Translations under genes and position numbers: made by a program
Notes under the pieces: model-generated
Told to the model about the DNA's origin: nothing
The model's database searches: none
What the model saw: the letters and a program-made list of their open reading frames with translations, nothing else
Shown here: positions 20,501 to 30,061 of the stretch, piece by piece
Position numbering within the stretch: the first letter of the stretch is position 1
How the letters are laid out: the number at the start of each line of letters is the position of its first letter
Source of the DNA: an uncultured virus (IMG/VR IMGVR_UViG_3300042691_027194)
Lineage: Duplodnaviria; Heunggongvirae; Uroviricota; Caudoviricetes
Virus record (IMG/VR): IMGVR_UViG_3300042691_027194
Strand: one strand, 5' to 3'
DNA length: 64,000 nucleotides

Positions 20501-21085
20501 ATTACTAATTCACAGCCAACTGCGAGTGGTGAATATATAAATTATCTAGGTTCTGTTGACGGTAAAATTTTAACTATATCTGCACAAGACGATGATCAAT
20601 GGCAAGCATATTTAACAGCTTCAACTGCTGATAAGTATGATGGAACTCCATATTCATACACATACTTAATTCAAAGTGGAAGCACGTATATAACTGCATC
20701 TTCCCCATATTGGCAAAGCGAAGCAATACTACCAGTAATACTTGATGCAGTAACATCTGAGTTAAGTTTAGCATCTGGCTCATATTTTGCAGCGTCATCA
20801 TCATTTTCAGGTTCATATTATGGTACTAGCTCGTATGGTTCAGGGTCGTATGGCGTTGTATCAAATTTCAGAAACTTAACAGGAAGTTTTGCCCAAGTGC
20901 AAGACTTTTTACCTGCAGGTCGAGACAATCAAAAATATTCCGGAGCTAAACTTACATCACCGGCATTCAATGTTAATTCAACTGAAACCGTTGACGGTAA
21001 GCCAGTAGTAGAATGGCGTGCAACAAATCCAAATCAATTGGTGTATCAAACTAATAGTGATCAAGGAAGTTTTGTTTTGGTATAA
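17507..21085 (+). CDS. large baseplate protein with LamG-like domain
   Basis: LLKSKGTKRSIQALLSCYG (wedge-like) and GQLQEFRIW (LamG-like); 1192 aa. Confidence 0.65.
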   Translation: MLTQYKNISDIQSATGSLAASRFLEEHSSQFNVSIKPNPDIIKPDASDIIEMHIYGDQTWITGNHSVQPVYQIPRYYDRTTGREIKFNGVPVGINLYKEFENLRLTSGKFRVVLNFFKNLIGSYEKPYLKIVEISADRTEILLKPTQATNAEFQDQLIDFADRPRQTSARGGQYYDFYILNFSRNQTSLIVNTVVIEDSIYVKLYEPLPKNILENFKCWIAQEQKEPFVDNVYINAKEIEIEQNVLAGPNWYANYSYNTSTTTGLKNWTDLLGSSINTSQQIVDSYFSGSLSGVKLNIDYSDFNNFVFYSSATERLENFRYKLSLVEYYNSQSAAIALISGSVATTNAADYTLQKTNLIGGFDDFEKYLYYQSSSMIFTYPVPHESPNVARITGSYLTPAPKSNSTYPFALYPLTSSQFTTWFDSMYSYATAYDTFNLNSLIRTVPEYIRYDENNVAMETFVNMLGHHYDILYTYINHMSQINKREENPKLGMPNELLYSVAKQFGWNLTDGNQYQDLWQYVLGTSEAGIPLTGSNSVGDPSVSGQNMTYAVWRRIVNNLPLLLKSKGTKRSIQALLSCYGIPQSLITIKEYGGPRIERAPVYEKLNFDYALDLITNTAGTVTTNYSGSIDSIELRFRTDDVITNPTMPSTMNLFKVGNNAVTLDYTSGTRGTIQINGTGSNSIELFDGGWLNLMLKTNGSNLEILAKRAKYGKIVAAASASTVASLPGSGSIIFGDTSTGASRLVGQLQEFRIWNYPISNTSFDNHVKAPGAYDSLDAYNELVYRLPLNQNINHATTASLFGIQPKASTISSSFSGWTNNIPYDSIEETYYYDAVSIGAGTYDDNKVRIENNVLVGTLDIKTRAERSQYDVAPIDSKKLGVYFSPQTMIDEDIIAQLGFIDLDNYIGDPGDINSDSYDSLTQFAESYWKKYQQATDINSYIKMFTLFDLSFFKQLEQLLPARVDELLGVLIQPNILERNKTSILPEIRIHDNSYYAEITNSQPTASGEYINYLGSVDGKILTISAQDDDQWQAYLTASTADKYDGTPYSYTYLIQSGSTYITASSPYWQSEAILPVILDAVTSELSLASGSYFAASSSFSGSYYGTSSYGSGSYGVVSNFRNLTGSFAQVQDFLPAGRDNQKYSGAKLTSPAFNVNSTETVDGKPVVEWRATNPNQLVYQTNSDQGSFVLV

Positions 21086-21127
21086 TTTTTTAACATAACA
21101 TATTTATATAAAATAGGAATAAAACAT

Positions 21128-21796
21128 ATGGGATACTTAAATAATAGTTCTGTAACAGTTGATGCAATTTTAACTCTTAAAGGCCGAGAATTATTAGCAA
21201 AAGGCGGAAACGCATTTAAAATTACTCAGTTTGCATTAGGTGATGATGAAATTGATTATTCGTTATGGAATCCAAATCATCCATTAGGAACTAATTATTA
21301 CGGTGTAATTATTGAAAATATGCCAATCACTGAAGCAATTCCTGATGAGACACAAGCATTGCGTTCAAAATTAATTACATTACCAAAACAAACTACTAAT
21401 ATACCAGTTGTAACTGTTGGAAATACTGCAATTACACTGTTAGCACCAGGAGATGGAGCAGCAATTACACCGAATACTAGCAACATGCAGGGTGGTAACT
21501 CAAATTTAGGTTACACTGCAATTTTGTCTGATTCAACCGTAGCAGATATTCAGGTAACTAGAGCATTACAAAATACCGTATTACCTACAATACCTCGTTT
21601 TATTGGTGATAATGAAGATGCACAAAGTGTAGCAGTTGCAGGATTTGAATTCCGAGTTATTGCTAAAGCACAATATTTGGAAGATAAAACTGCGACAATT
21701 ACTATTGTTGGTAATGAAACAGGTGGTAGTGTAACAATTAATTTAACTGTTAAAAAAGTTACTTCTGTAACAACCGGAACGGCAGTTTCAAGCTAA
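21128..21796 (+). CDS. virion structural protein (baseplate/tail collar-like)
   Basis: DAILTLKGRELLA..FKITQFALGDDEIDY; late promoter at 21100. Confidence 0.6.
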   Translation: MGYLNNSSVTVDAILTLKGRELLAKGGNAFKITQFALGDDEIDYSLWNPNHPLGTNYYGVIIENMPITEAIPDETQALRSKLITLPKQTTNIPVVTVGNTAITLLAPGDGAAITPNTSNMQGGNSNLGYTAILSDSTVADIQVTRALQNTVLPTIPRFIGDNEDAQSVAVAGFEFRVIAKAQYLEDKTATITIVGNETGGSVTINLTVKKVTSVTTGTAVSS

Positions 21797-21811
21797 TAAA
21801 AGAAATAACAT

Positions 21812-23107
21812 ATGAACAATTTTATTAAATATTTAAAACTACAAGACAAACACGGCGGGGTTCCTACGGGGCGTGGAAATGTATCTCCCATCAATGTTAG
21901 TCAAGCGGCAAATAATATAGCTGTTAGAGATGGTGCTGCCCAAACTAATACAACCGCAATTAATGAGCAAGTACAACAATTAGCTCAACAATTAGCAAAT
22001 GAAATAATTGCCAATCAGCAACAAATTTCCGTGTTAGCAAGAAATGGTCGTGTATTTACAAAGTTTGACCAATTAAATGATGTTATATCAAATCAAACTG
22101 AAGTAGTTACTGCAGGTGTTTGGAGTGATGGTATTGCTAGTTTAACTACATACGCATCCGGATCTGCACAAACAACATCTCAGCGCCGATATTATGTTGA
22201 TGTGTATCAAGAAGATTCTACAAATGAAGGCGCTGCGACGCAATTTTCATTAGCATATGGTAATGCGTTGGGTAGTGGTTCTGATTCACAAGGTACATTG
22301 AGTGACTCTCCATCAAAAGCAGTATATTCACAATACCGTCAGCTTTTATTAAAGCCTAACGATTCAAGATTTACAACTGCTGGATCTGGTAGTACAGATT
22401 CAATCTATATTGTGAATTTTAAAAGAAACCGACTTAAAGAACGTTTAGACGCTGGAAATTTTGAATTGCCATTAGTATCAATTGCTACTCGCACATCGAA
22501 TGCAACTGGGTCTGTTACTGTCGGTACACGTGTTATTAAATTAATTGACGATTCTTCATTAGCATCGGCTACCGTTGGTGATTCTGGAAAAATCTATAAC
22601 ATAGTCTCCGGTTCTATAAATTCAGGAGTACATAATTCAGCATCGCCGGTATATTATGGATTAGCATATCCAGATCATGGAGTATTAGTACTGGATGGTA
22701 AAATGCTTGATCAACAATTAGGATTTGCTACGAATGTATCTTCTAGTTCTGAAGGTAACAATCACTTTACATTGTTCCGTTCTATTTCTGGATCTGCATT
22801 ATTTACTGATCCTGAAACATCTGACCCATATGGATTTTTAGCAAGAAATTCTGAAAAAATAACAAGCACACATTATTTTGTACGAATTAAAAATGCAGAA
22901 TACAACTTCTCAAACAATCCATCTTATGTTACTGGTAGTGTTGGTCAATTAGCACAATCTACATTTGTTGGTGATCCTAAAACATATGTTACCACAGTTG
23001 GATTATACAATGACAGTCAAGAATTGTTAGCGGTTGCAAAATTAAGTCAACCATTGCTAAAATCATTCCAGCGTGAAGCTCTTATACGTGTTAAACTAGA
23101 TTTCTAA
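21812..23107 (+). CDS. virion structural protein with C-terminal YxTTxGLY..LLAxAKL domain
   Basis: C-terminal YVTTVGLYNDSQELLAVAKLSQP, shared with the next gene. Confidence 0.65.
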   Translation: MNNFIKYLKLQDKHGGVPTGRGNVSPINVSQAANNIAVRDGAAQTNTTAINEQVQQLAQQLANEIIANQQQISVLARNGRVFTKFDQLNDVISNQTEVVTAGVWSDGIASLTTYASGSAQTTSQRRYYVDVYQEDSTNEGAATQFSLAYGNALGSGSDSQGTLSDSPSKAVYSQYRQLLLKPNDSRFTTAGSGSTDSIYIVNFKRNRLKERLDAGNFELPLVSIATRTSNATGSVTVGTRVIKLIDDSSLASATVGDSGKIYNIVSGSINSGVHNSASPVYYGLAYPDHGVLVLDGKMLDQQLGFATNVSSSSEGNNHFTLFRSISGSALFTDPETSDPYGFLARNSEKITSTHYFVRIKNAEYNFSNNPSYVTGSVGQLAQSTFVGDPKTYVTTVGLYNDSQELLAVAKLSQPLLKSFQREALIRVKLDF

Positions 23108-23123
23108 AATAACACTCTGATTT

Positions 23124-23163
23124 AAGCCCTGTTATATTTATTATTAAATATAGCAGGGTTTTT
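23124..23163 (+). terminator. 17-bp hairpin terminator containing a late-promoter motif
   Basis: AAGCCCTGTTATATTTA-TTAT-TAAATATAGCAGGGTTT followed by T residues. Confidence 0.65.
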
Positions 23164-23169
23164 ACTAGC

Positions 23170-24735
23170 ATGGCAGAAACAAAAATTTCAAATACTGACA
23201 CATATCAAGGGGTGTATCCAACTGTTTTCAAAAAGATAAATAGTTCTGATGTTAGTTTAACACCGTTCCAAAGTTATAAGCAATGGGTGATAGGCTCCGG
23301 TAGTGCTACTTCGAGTTGTTTGCCATTACAAGGAGTATATTCAGATGTATTACCAGCTCTAGATACCGAATTAACATATAATGATGCAAAAAATATTGAT
23401 GATAGTTTGCAAACTGTAACATATTATTCAGTTAATCAGTTATTTTACAAATATAAAGATCAACCATATAACACACTAGGTCCAACAGATTTAAATCGTA
23501 CACATAAATACTTGTATCAAACAGCTTCGATATTTTCTATACCACAATTAAAATACGGAGAATCGGTTAAACCAAAATCATTTGAAATAAAACATAATGT
23601 TGGTAGCGGCATTCAGTCTGATCGATATGGCAATTTATACAATGTGGATATTGATACTTCATCATTTGCTACAGGGGTGATGTGGTATGAAGGATTTAAT
23701 GAATATTTCGATACTAGCAGAGTACCATATGTATGTTCAGGAGTAACATATGTACCAGGAGTACCTGATGCCGACATATCAAGTTTACCGGTTGGATTAG
23801 CTGCTAAATTTGATGGTGCTGGTTATATTGAATCTGATTTAAACGGATTTTATGATCGTGATCATGATTATGCAATTGCTTTTTGGTTCTCCGGATCATC
23901 TAATGCAACACAATTAATTGCAACAAAAGCATCTAGTAGTTTAACTCCACAATATCCGTTCCGAATTGAATTGAGCGGTAGCAATCAGATTGTATTTTCT
24001 GTAGCGGGTAGCACTACATTTAAAACACAAATTACATCATCTGTTTTTAATACAACTAACTGGAATCACTTTATTTGTCAAAAATCTGGCAGCTCGGTTG
24101 AATTGTATGTAAATGGAGCGTTAGAATCATCTGCTACTAGTCCATTACTAATTAATACGCAATCACCATTATCGGCATCAGCACGTATTGATAACACAGA
24201 TAAATTGTATATTGGAGGTTATACTACTACTGGATCAAATCTTACAGCTGTTATTGATGAAGTTAGAATATTTAATAAGTCACTATCTCTTGCAGAAATT
24301 GGATCTTTAGCCACACCGGATCTAACAACTGGTACACTACTTCAAACTAATCACGTAGGAAATATTTTTGCAAAACAAGGAATCGCGATAGTATCAACTC
24401 CAGATTATCGATTTCATAATACCGTTAATGATTTTATTTCCTTTCAGTATAAAAGCACGGTTACAATTTATGAATTAGGTGTTATTGTTAAATTAGATGC
24501 TGGTGATTTTAATATGTCATTGAATCCAACTCTTACGGCGGATAATGATATTACATACCATTCATTTGTTACTAGTAGTACATTTACTCCGTATATAACA
24601 ACTATAGGATTGTATGATGATGCAGGGCAATTGTTAGCAATTGGAAAATTAGCACAACCAATTAAAAAACCAGCAAATGTAGATTTAAATTTCTTAGTTC
24701 GTATGGACTTAAATAACAATGTAATTCCTAGGTAA
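23170..24735 (+). CDS. virion structural protein with LamG domain
   Basis: WNHFICQK..LYVNG..LYIGG..IDEVRIFNKSLS; C-terminal YITTIGLYDDAGQLLAIGKLAQP. Confidence 0.75.
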   Translation: MAETKISNTDTYQGVYPTVFKKINSSDVSLTPFQSYKQWVIGSGSATSSCLPLQGVYSDVLPALDTELTYNDAKNIDDSLQTVTYYSVNQLFYKYKDQPYNTLGPTDLNRTHKYLYQTASIFSIPQLKYGESVKPKSFEIKHNVGSGIQSDRYGNLYNVDIDTSSFATGVMWYEGFNEYFDTSRVPYVCSGVTYVPGVPDADISSLPVGLAAKFDGAGYIESDLNGFYDRDHDYAIAFWFSGSSNATQLIATKASSSLTPQYPFRIELSGSNQIVFSVAGSTTFKTQITSSVFNTTNWNHFICQKSGSSVELYVNGALESSATSPLLINTQSPLSASARIDNTDKLYIGGYTTTGSNLTAVIDEVRIFNKSLSLAEIGSLATPDLTTGTLLQTNHVGNIFAKQGIAIVSTPDYRFHNTVNDFISFQYKSTVTIYELGVIVKLDAGDFNMSLNPTLTADNDITYHSFVTSSTFTPYITTIGLYDDAGQLLAIGKLAQPIKKPANVDLNFLVRMDLNNNVIPR

Positions 24736-24737
24736 TC

Positions 24738-25274
24738 ATGATACGATTAAAACAACTTTTAAAAGAAATATCAAATTCAGATATTCAGAAATGTTTAGAC
24801 AAAATACAACAAAAACAATTCCGTTTAATTGGTGCTGGTGATAACGGTCGCGTTTATGAAATTGATAGAGAAGATAAAGTTTTTAAGATTACTAAAGAAC
24901 GTGATGAATATGAAGTAGCAAGTATTATCGTTGATAGATACAATGAGTTTACTACATTTATACCGGTATATTATGTTGATGGTAAAAACATGTACATAAT
25001 GGCAAATGCTTCGGAACTACCAACTCGGTTAAAAAAAGAAATTGATTTATTTATGCAAGACTTTGCTTCATTTGCTCGGGATGAAGGAGGCGAAGTTTCA
25101 ATATTTGATTTTTTACCTGATGCTGGAAGTATTAATCCGATAATTGATAATTTTTTAAACACATTAAAAACAGATATAGATAAACTTCAAATTCCAGAAT
25201 TCGATTTAGATTTAGATTTTCGTTCTGACAACGTTATGATGTGGGACGGAAACATGGTATTAGTCGATTGGTAA
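24738..25274 (+). CDS. protein kinase-like fold protein
   Basis: Gly-loop IGAGDNGRVY, VFKIT lysine, DFRSDN catalytic loop and LVDW (DFG-like). Confidence 0.7.
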   Translation: MIRLKQLLKEISNSDIQKCLDKIQQKQFRLIGAGDNGRVYEIDREDKVFKITKERDEYEVASIIVDRYNEFTTFIPVYYVDGKNMYIMANASELPTRLKKEIDLFMQDFASFARDEGGEVSIFDFLPDAGSINPIIDNFLNTLKTDIDKLQIPEFDLDLDFRSDNVMMWDGNMVLVDW

Positions 25275-25287
25275 AAAGAAATAGGTT

Positions 25288-25770
25288 ATGGCAAAAAATC
25301 ATTATCATAGCTCTGGCAACTCAAAAAGAGCTGCAGCGCTAAAATACGGTTATAAATCAGGATTAGAACACACAGTAGCAGATCAAATAAAAACTACTGA
25401 ATATCCTTTGAATTATGAAACTGAAATACTAAATTATATAGTACCAGAACGTAAAGCAAAATACACTCCAGATTTTGTGTTTACTAAAAAGAATGGTGAA
25501 TTAATGTACATTGAAACTAAAGGCCGATGGACTAGTGCCGATCGTCTTAAAATGAAACATGTGCTAGCATCGAATCCCGGTGTAGATATTCGTATGGTAT
25601 TCCAATCACCCCAACAAAAAATATCAAAAGGTAGCAAAACTACATATGAAGCTTATGCATTAAAGCTGGGTATTAAACATGTTGCAAAGAAAGATATTCC
25701 CGCAGATTGGCTCACGGAATGTTTGAAGACTGGCGAAGAACCAAAGACAATTAAAACTTTTTTTGGATAA
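25288..25770 (+). CDS. T7 endonuclease I-like Holliday junction resolvase
   Basis: YKSGLE, YTPDF and IETKGRW (PD-(D/E)xK) motifs. Confidence 0.9.
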   Translation: MAKNHYHSSGNSKRAAALKYGYKSGLEHTVADQIKTTEYPLNYETEILNYIVPERKAKYTPDFVFTKKNGELMYIETKGRWTSADRLKMKHVLASNPGVDIRMVFQSPQQKISKGSKTTYEAYALKLGIKHVAKKDIPADWLTECLKTGEEPKTIKTFFG

Positions 25771-25958
25771 AGGTTTGTTTTGTGAAAAATTTTTAATACA
25801 TTCTATGATAATTAATGATTCATATTAATTAATAGATTGATTCAGTATTGAATCGATCGTTAGGCCAGAAATGTAATGTATGTGTCTAACTAATATTATT
25901 TATTATTATATTAATATAATTTATTGGATTAGTACAGTATATTACTTATATTATATTA

Positions 25959-26903
25959 ATGAAGAATATTAAGTTATTACAGTTATTAGAATCAGTACTA
26001 GGTAAAGGTAAACCTACGTCTGGTAATAACATTGCATTCTTCTCTCCTTTTGTTTCTCACTACAAGCCAAAATTAGAAATTGATATTCACACTAATTCAA
26101 ACGGTGAGAATGCTTGGCATTGTTGGATATCTGATAAAAAAGGTCGTAGCATTGTTACTTTGTTCAAACAACTCAATCTACCTAAAGAACGTTTTGAACA
26201 ATTATCACGTATTATCGAATCATCTCGATATCGTGTAAACAATGATGCTCCAACAAAAGTAGAAACAATACAATTGCCGGCTGAGTACAAACCACTTTGG
26301 ATTCCTAAAACATCTCCGGATTATCGTAATGCCGTGCATTATTTAAAAAAGCGCGGAGTAACTATATTTGATATCATCAAGTATCGAATTGGATTTTGCG
26401 AGTCTGGAGAGTATTCCGGCAAAATAATTATTCCTAGCTATGATGCCATGGGTCAATTGAATTATTTTGTGTCTAGAGCATATTATAAATCAGACACACA
26501 AAAACACAAGAATCCAAAAATTTCAAAAGACATTATTGGGTTTGACCTTTTTATAAATTGGTCACAACCAATCATACTTTGTGAAGGAAGTTTTGATGCA
26601 ATCGCAATTAAACGCAATGCAATTCCGTTGTTCGGAAAAATCATTCAACCTGCACTACAAAAGAAAATCATACAAGAACGAGTACGAGACATTTATATTT
26701 GTTTGGATGCTGATGCATTGAAAAATGCAATTCAAATTGCAGAGCGATTTATGTCAGAAGGCTTAAATGTGTACTTTATAGAACTGCGAGATAAAGATGC
26801 CGCAGAACTAGGCTTTCAACGAATCAACGAAATTATACAAGATACCGATGTATTAACTTTTGAACGGTTAATGCAACTTAAAATGGGAATGATATGGACA
26901 TAA
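25959..26903 (+). CDS. DNA primase (DnaG/gp61-like)
   Basis: YLKKRGV, IIIPSYD, TOPRIM motifs CEGSFDA and LDADA; degenerate N-terminal zinc finger. Confidence 0.9.
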   Translation: MKNIKLLQLLESVLGKGKPTSGNNIAFFSPFVSHYKPKLEIDIHTNSNGENAWHCWISDKKGRSIVTLFKQLNLPKERFEQLSRIIESSRYRVNNDAPTKVETIQLPAEYKPLWIPKTSPDYRNAVHYLKKRGVTIFDIIKYRIGFCESGEYSGKIIIPSYDAMGQLNYFVSRAYYKSDTQKHKNPKISKDIIGFDLFINWSQPIILCEGSFDAIAIKRNAIPLFGKIIQPALQKKIIQERVRDIYICLDADALKNAIQIAERFMSEGLNVYFIELRDKDAAELGFQRINEIIQDTDVLTFERLMQLKMGMIWT

Positions 26904-29900
26904 AACATATTGACACAGGACAAACTGTAATCAACAAAATATTTCACATTTCAGATGTGCATATTCGTACATTGAAACGACACCGAGAATATCGTGAAGT
27001 GTTTCGCAACATGTTTGATTATATCGCACAACATTGCACCGGCGAAAGTATTGCTGTAGTAACAGGTGACATCGTGCATAGCAAACTAGATATGTCTCCG
27101 GAGTTAGTTGATATGCTGGTTGAATTTTTTGATGGCTTCATGATTCCAACCGTAGTAATACTTGGTAACCATGATATGAATCTGAACAACATGCACCGCA
27201 CAGACGCAATTAGTCCGGTTATCAATGTTATTAAGAATCCAAACATCATATTCATCAAAGAAAACGGCTTGTTTGAAATTGGTGGAGTTGTGTTTAATCA
27301 TATGGCTGTCGATGTTGCACCAACCGAATATATTCGTGCTAATCAATTCGATGCTGCATATAAAATTGCAATGCACCATGGTGCTGTGAACACTGCAAAA
27401 ACAGATATTGGATATCAAATATCAAATGAGCATGTAGGTGTTGATTTGTTTGATGGACATGATATTACATTGTTGGGCGATATTCATAAACCAGCCCAGT
27501 TCTTAAATGACGCAAAGACAATTGCATACCCAGGATCACTGATTCAACAAAATCACGGTGAAGCATTAGACCATGGTATCTTGGTGTGGGACTTGCCGTG
27601 TCGTGAAGCAAAGTTTGTGGAAATACAAAATGATTATGGATATGTAACTTTGGAAGTTGAAGGTGTTACTATTGTGAAAGCACCACATCGTATGCCAAAT
27701 AAACCTAGAGTTCGTATCAAGTTTAATGATACCTCAGCAGCGGACATGAAAAAACTTATTGCTACTATTCGCAAGAAATATGATGTGCAAGATATCACAA
27801 TCCAACGAAGTGCAGCTATATCAAACACTAACGCCACATCATCGTTTACTATAGGAAATGTACGAGATGTTGAATATCAAAATACATTGATCACAGATTT
27901 TATTTCCGTGAACTATCCACAAGCTACTGCAGACGAAACTGATGCAATTCGTCATATCAATCGCACAATAAACTCAAAACTTCCTGCAGTAGAGTCAGTA
28001 CGACACATGACCTGGCACCCAATTCAATTTGAATTTGATAACATGTTTTCTTACGGAGAAGGCAATGTTATTAACTTTGAAAACATGAAAGATGTGTGCG
28101 GGTTGTTTGCTGCAAACACATCTGGTAAGTCATCATTGCTTGATGCAATTACATACACTATATTTGATAAGTGCAGCAAAACAGGCAAAGCACATGAAGT
28201 GTTGAACAATAAAAAGGCTTCATTCCGCGGAAAGTTTACATTTGAAATGAACGGCGTTACTTACACTATTGAACGCAATGGAATCAAGCAGAAGAATGGT
28301 CACGTTAAAGTGCTAGTAGATTTTTATACTGACACAGAAAACCTAAATGGTGAAGAACGTAGTGACACAAACAAATCGATCCGCCGTTATTTAGGAACTT
28401 ATGATGATTTCATTTTAACTGCATTTTCACTGCAGGCAGACAACAATAACTTCATTGAAAAGTCACAAAGAGAACGCAAAGATCTTCTTTCACAGTTTTT
28501 AGATATTACGGTATTCGAACAGCTTTATCAGTTAGCATCCGATGAAATTAAAGAGACTGCTGGTAAGTTAAAATCATATAAGAAAACAGATTTTGATGTT
28601 ATTATCAATGATGCAGATACTATTATTTCAAACAATCAACAAGATATAACTTCATTAGAAACTCAAGAAGATGAATTGCAAGAAAAGCGCAATGATTATC
28701 AAAATGAGATTGTAGACTTAATTCAAACAAAACAGCCAACAACATATACAGGGCCTAATATTAATGAATTAACTAAAATTGAAACTGAGTTAACTAAAAA
28801 AATATCACAATTACAAGCTGATATTGAAACCGAAGAAACGACTTTAGAAACACTAACAAGTGAATACTTAATCATTAAAAAAGATAAGCGCAAGTACAAT
28901 GAAACGGACTTATCAGATAAACTTCAACAATTAGAAAAACTCGAAAAGGAATTAGCACAGATAGATTCGAGTATTAAAAAACAACAAGGAATTATCAATG
29001 CAAAACAAGAAAAAATTAATCACCTTTCCGACCATGAATATGATCCGAACTGTAAATACTGTGTATCTAACGTTTTCGTACAAAATGCAATTGAAGCACA
29101 AAATACGATTATTGCAGATAGAGACATATTAACTGAATTATCTGCGACCCAATTACAATTAAAAACAACAATTTCAACATATTCAGATGTTAGAACAGAT
29201 GCCAATGCATTAGCAATATTAAAACAAAAACATGAAACAAAGCGTTTAGCAATTGAAAAACAAGAATTGCAAATTCAAATCATTGAAGGCGAATTACAAA
29301 CTCGAGAATCAGAATTAGAAACATGTTTAGAACGTCAAGAATCATTTAAAGCTAATGCCACTGCAATAACACATAATGAACTAATTGATGAAAAAATTAA
29401 CAAGTTAAAAACATCAATTGATTCAGCTACGATTAAAATAAAAACAATTACAGACACAATTCGTAGTAAACATGGTAAAATTGAAGTTGCTAAGACCACA
29501 AAGAAAACAGCAATTGAGTCATTAGACACATACAAACAACTAGAGACTGAATACAAAGCATACGAATATTATCTAGAATCAGTTAAACGTGATGGGGTTC
29601 CATACGAGTTAATTGCAAAAGCAATGCCAAAGATTGAAGCAGAAATTAACAATGTGCTGAATCAGGTAGTTGATTTTAACATGGTGCTTCAGAGCGACGG
29701 TAAGAATATCAACGGGTATATTATTTATGATGAAGATAATTTCTGGCCATTGGAATTAACAAGCGGTATGGAACGATTTATTTCATCACTTGCAATTCGC
29801 ATAGCACTTATCAATGTATCAGCACTACCACGTCCTAATTTTATTGCAATTGATGAAGGTTGGGGAAGTTTAGACACAGAACATATTTCTGCAGTAGTTA

Positions 29901-30034
29901 ATCTATTTGATTATTTCAGAATTAAATTTGATTTCTCCATAATCATTTCACACGTCGATTCAATGCGAGATATGGTCGACAACTTAATCGAAGTAAACAA
30001 ACTAAACGGATTCAGCCAGATTTCACACAACTGA
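26894..30034 (+). CDS. fused Mre11/SbcD nuclease - Rad50/SbcC ATPase (T4 gp47+gp46-like)
   Basis: DVH, GDIVH, GNHD, HHG and GDIH phosphoesterase motifs; Walker A NTSGKSS; coiled coil with CKYC hook; TSGME signature; IAIDEG Walker B; ISH. Confidence 0.92.
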   Translation: MDIKHIDTGQTVINKIFHISDVHIRTLKRHREYREVFRNMFDYIAQHCTGESIAVVTGDIVHSKLDMSPELVDMLVEFFDGFMIPTVVILGNHDMNLNNMHRTDAISPVINVIKNPNIIFIKENGLFEIGGVVFNHMAVDVAPTEYIRANQFDAAYKIAMHHGAVNTAKTDIGYQISNEHVGVDLFDGHDITLLGDIHKPAQFLNDAKTIAYPGSLIQQNHGEALDHGILVWDLPCREAKFVEIQNDYGYVTLEVEGVTIVKAPHRMPNKPRVRIKFNDTSAADMKKLIATIRKKYDVQDITIQRSAAISNTNATSSFTIGNVRDVEYQNTLITDFISVNYPQATADETDAIRHINRTINSKLPAVESVRHMTWHPIQFEFDNMFSYGEGNVINFENMKDVCGLFAANTSGKSSLLDAITYTIFDKCSKTGKAHEVLNNKKASFRGKFTFEMNGVTYTIERNGIKQKNGHVKVLVDFYTDTENLNGEERSDTNKSIRRYLGTYDDFILTAFSLQADNNNFIEKSQRERKDLLSQFLDITVFEQLYQLASDEIKETAGKLKSYKKTDFDVIINDADTIISNNQQDITSLETQEDELQEKRNDYQNEIVDLIQTKQPTTYTGPNINELTKIETELTKKISQLQADIETEETTLETLTSEYLIIKKDKRKYNETDLSDKLQQLEKLEKELAQIDSSIKKQQGIINAKQEKINHLSDHEYDPNCKYCVSNVFVQNAIEAQNTIIADRDILTELSATQLQLKTTISTYSDVRTDANALAILKQKHETKRLAIEKQELQIQIIEGELQTRESELETCLERQESFKANATAITHNELIDEKINKLKTSIDSATIKIKTITDTIRSKHGKIEVAKTTKKTAIESLDTYKQLETEYKAYEYYLESVKRDGVPYELIAKAMPKIEAEINNVLNQVVDFNMVLQSDGKNINGYIIYDEDNFWPLELTSGMERFISSLAIRIALINVSALPRPNFIAIDEGWGSLDTEHISAVVNLFDYFRIKFDFSIIISHVDSMRDMVDNLIEVNKLNGFSQISHN

Positions 30035-30061
30035 TATTTATATTTAAAAGAATATCAGTGA

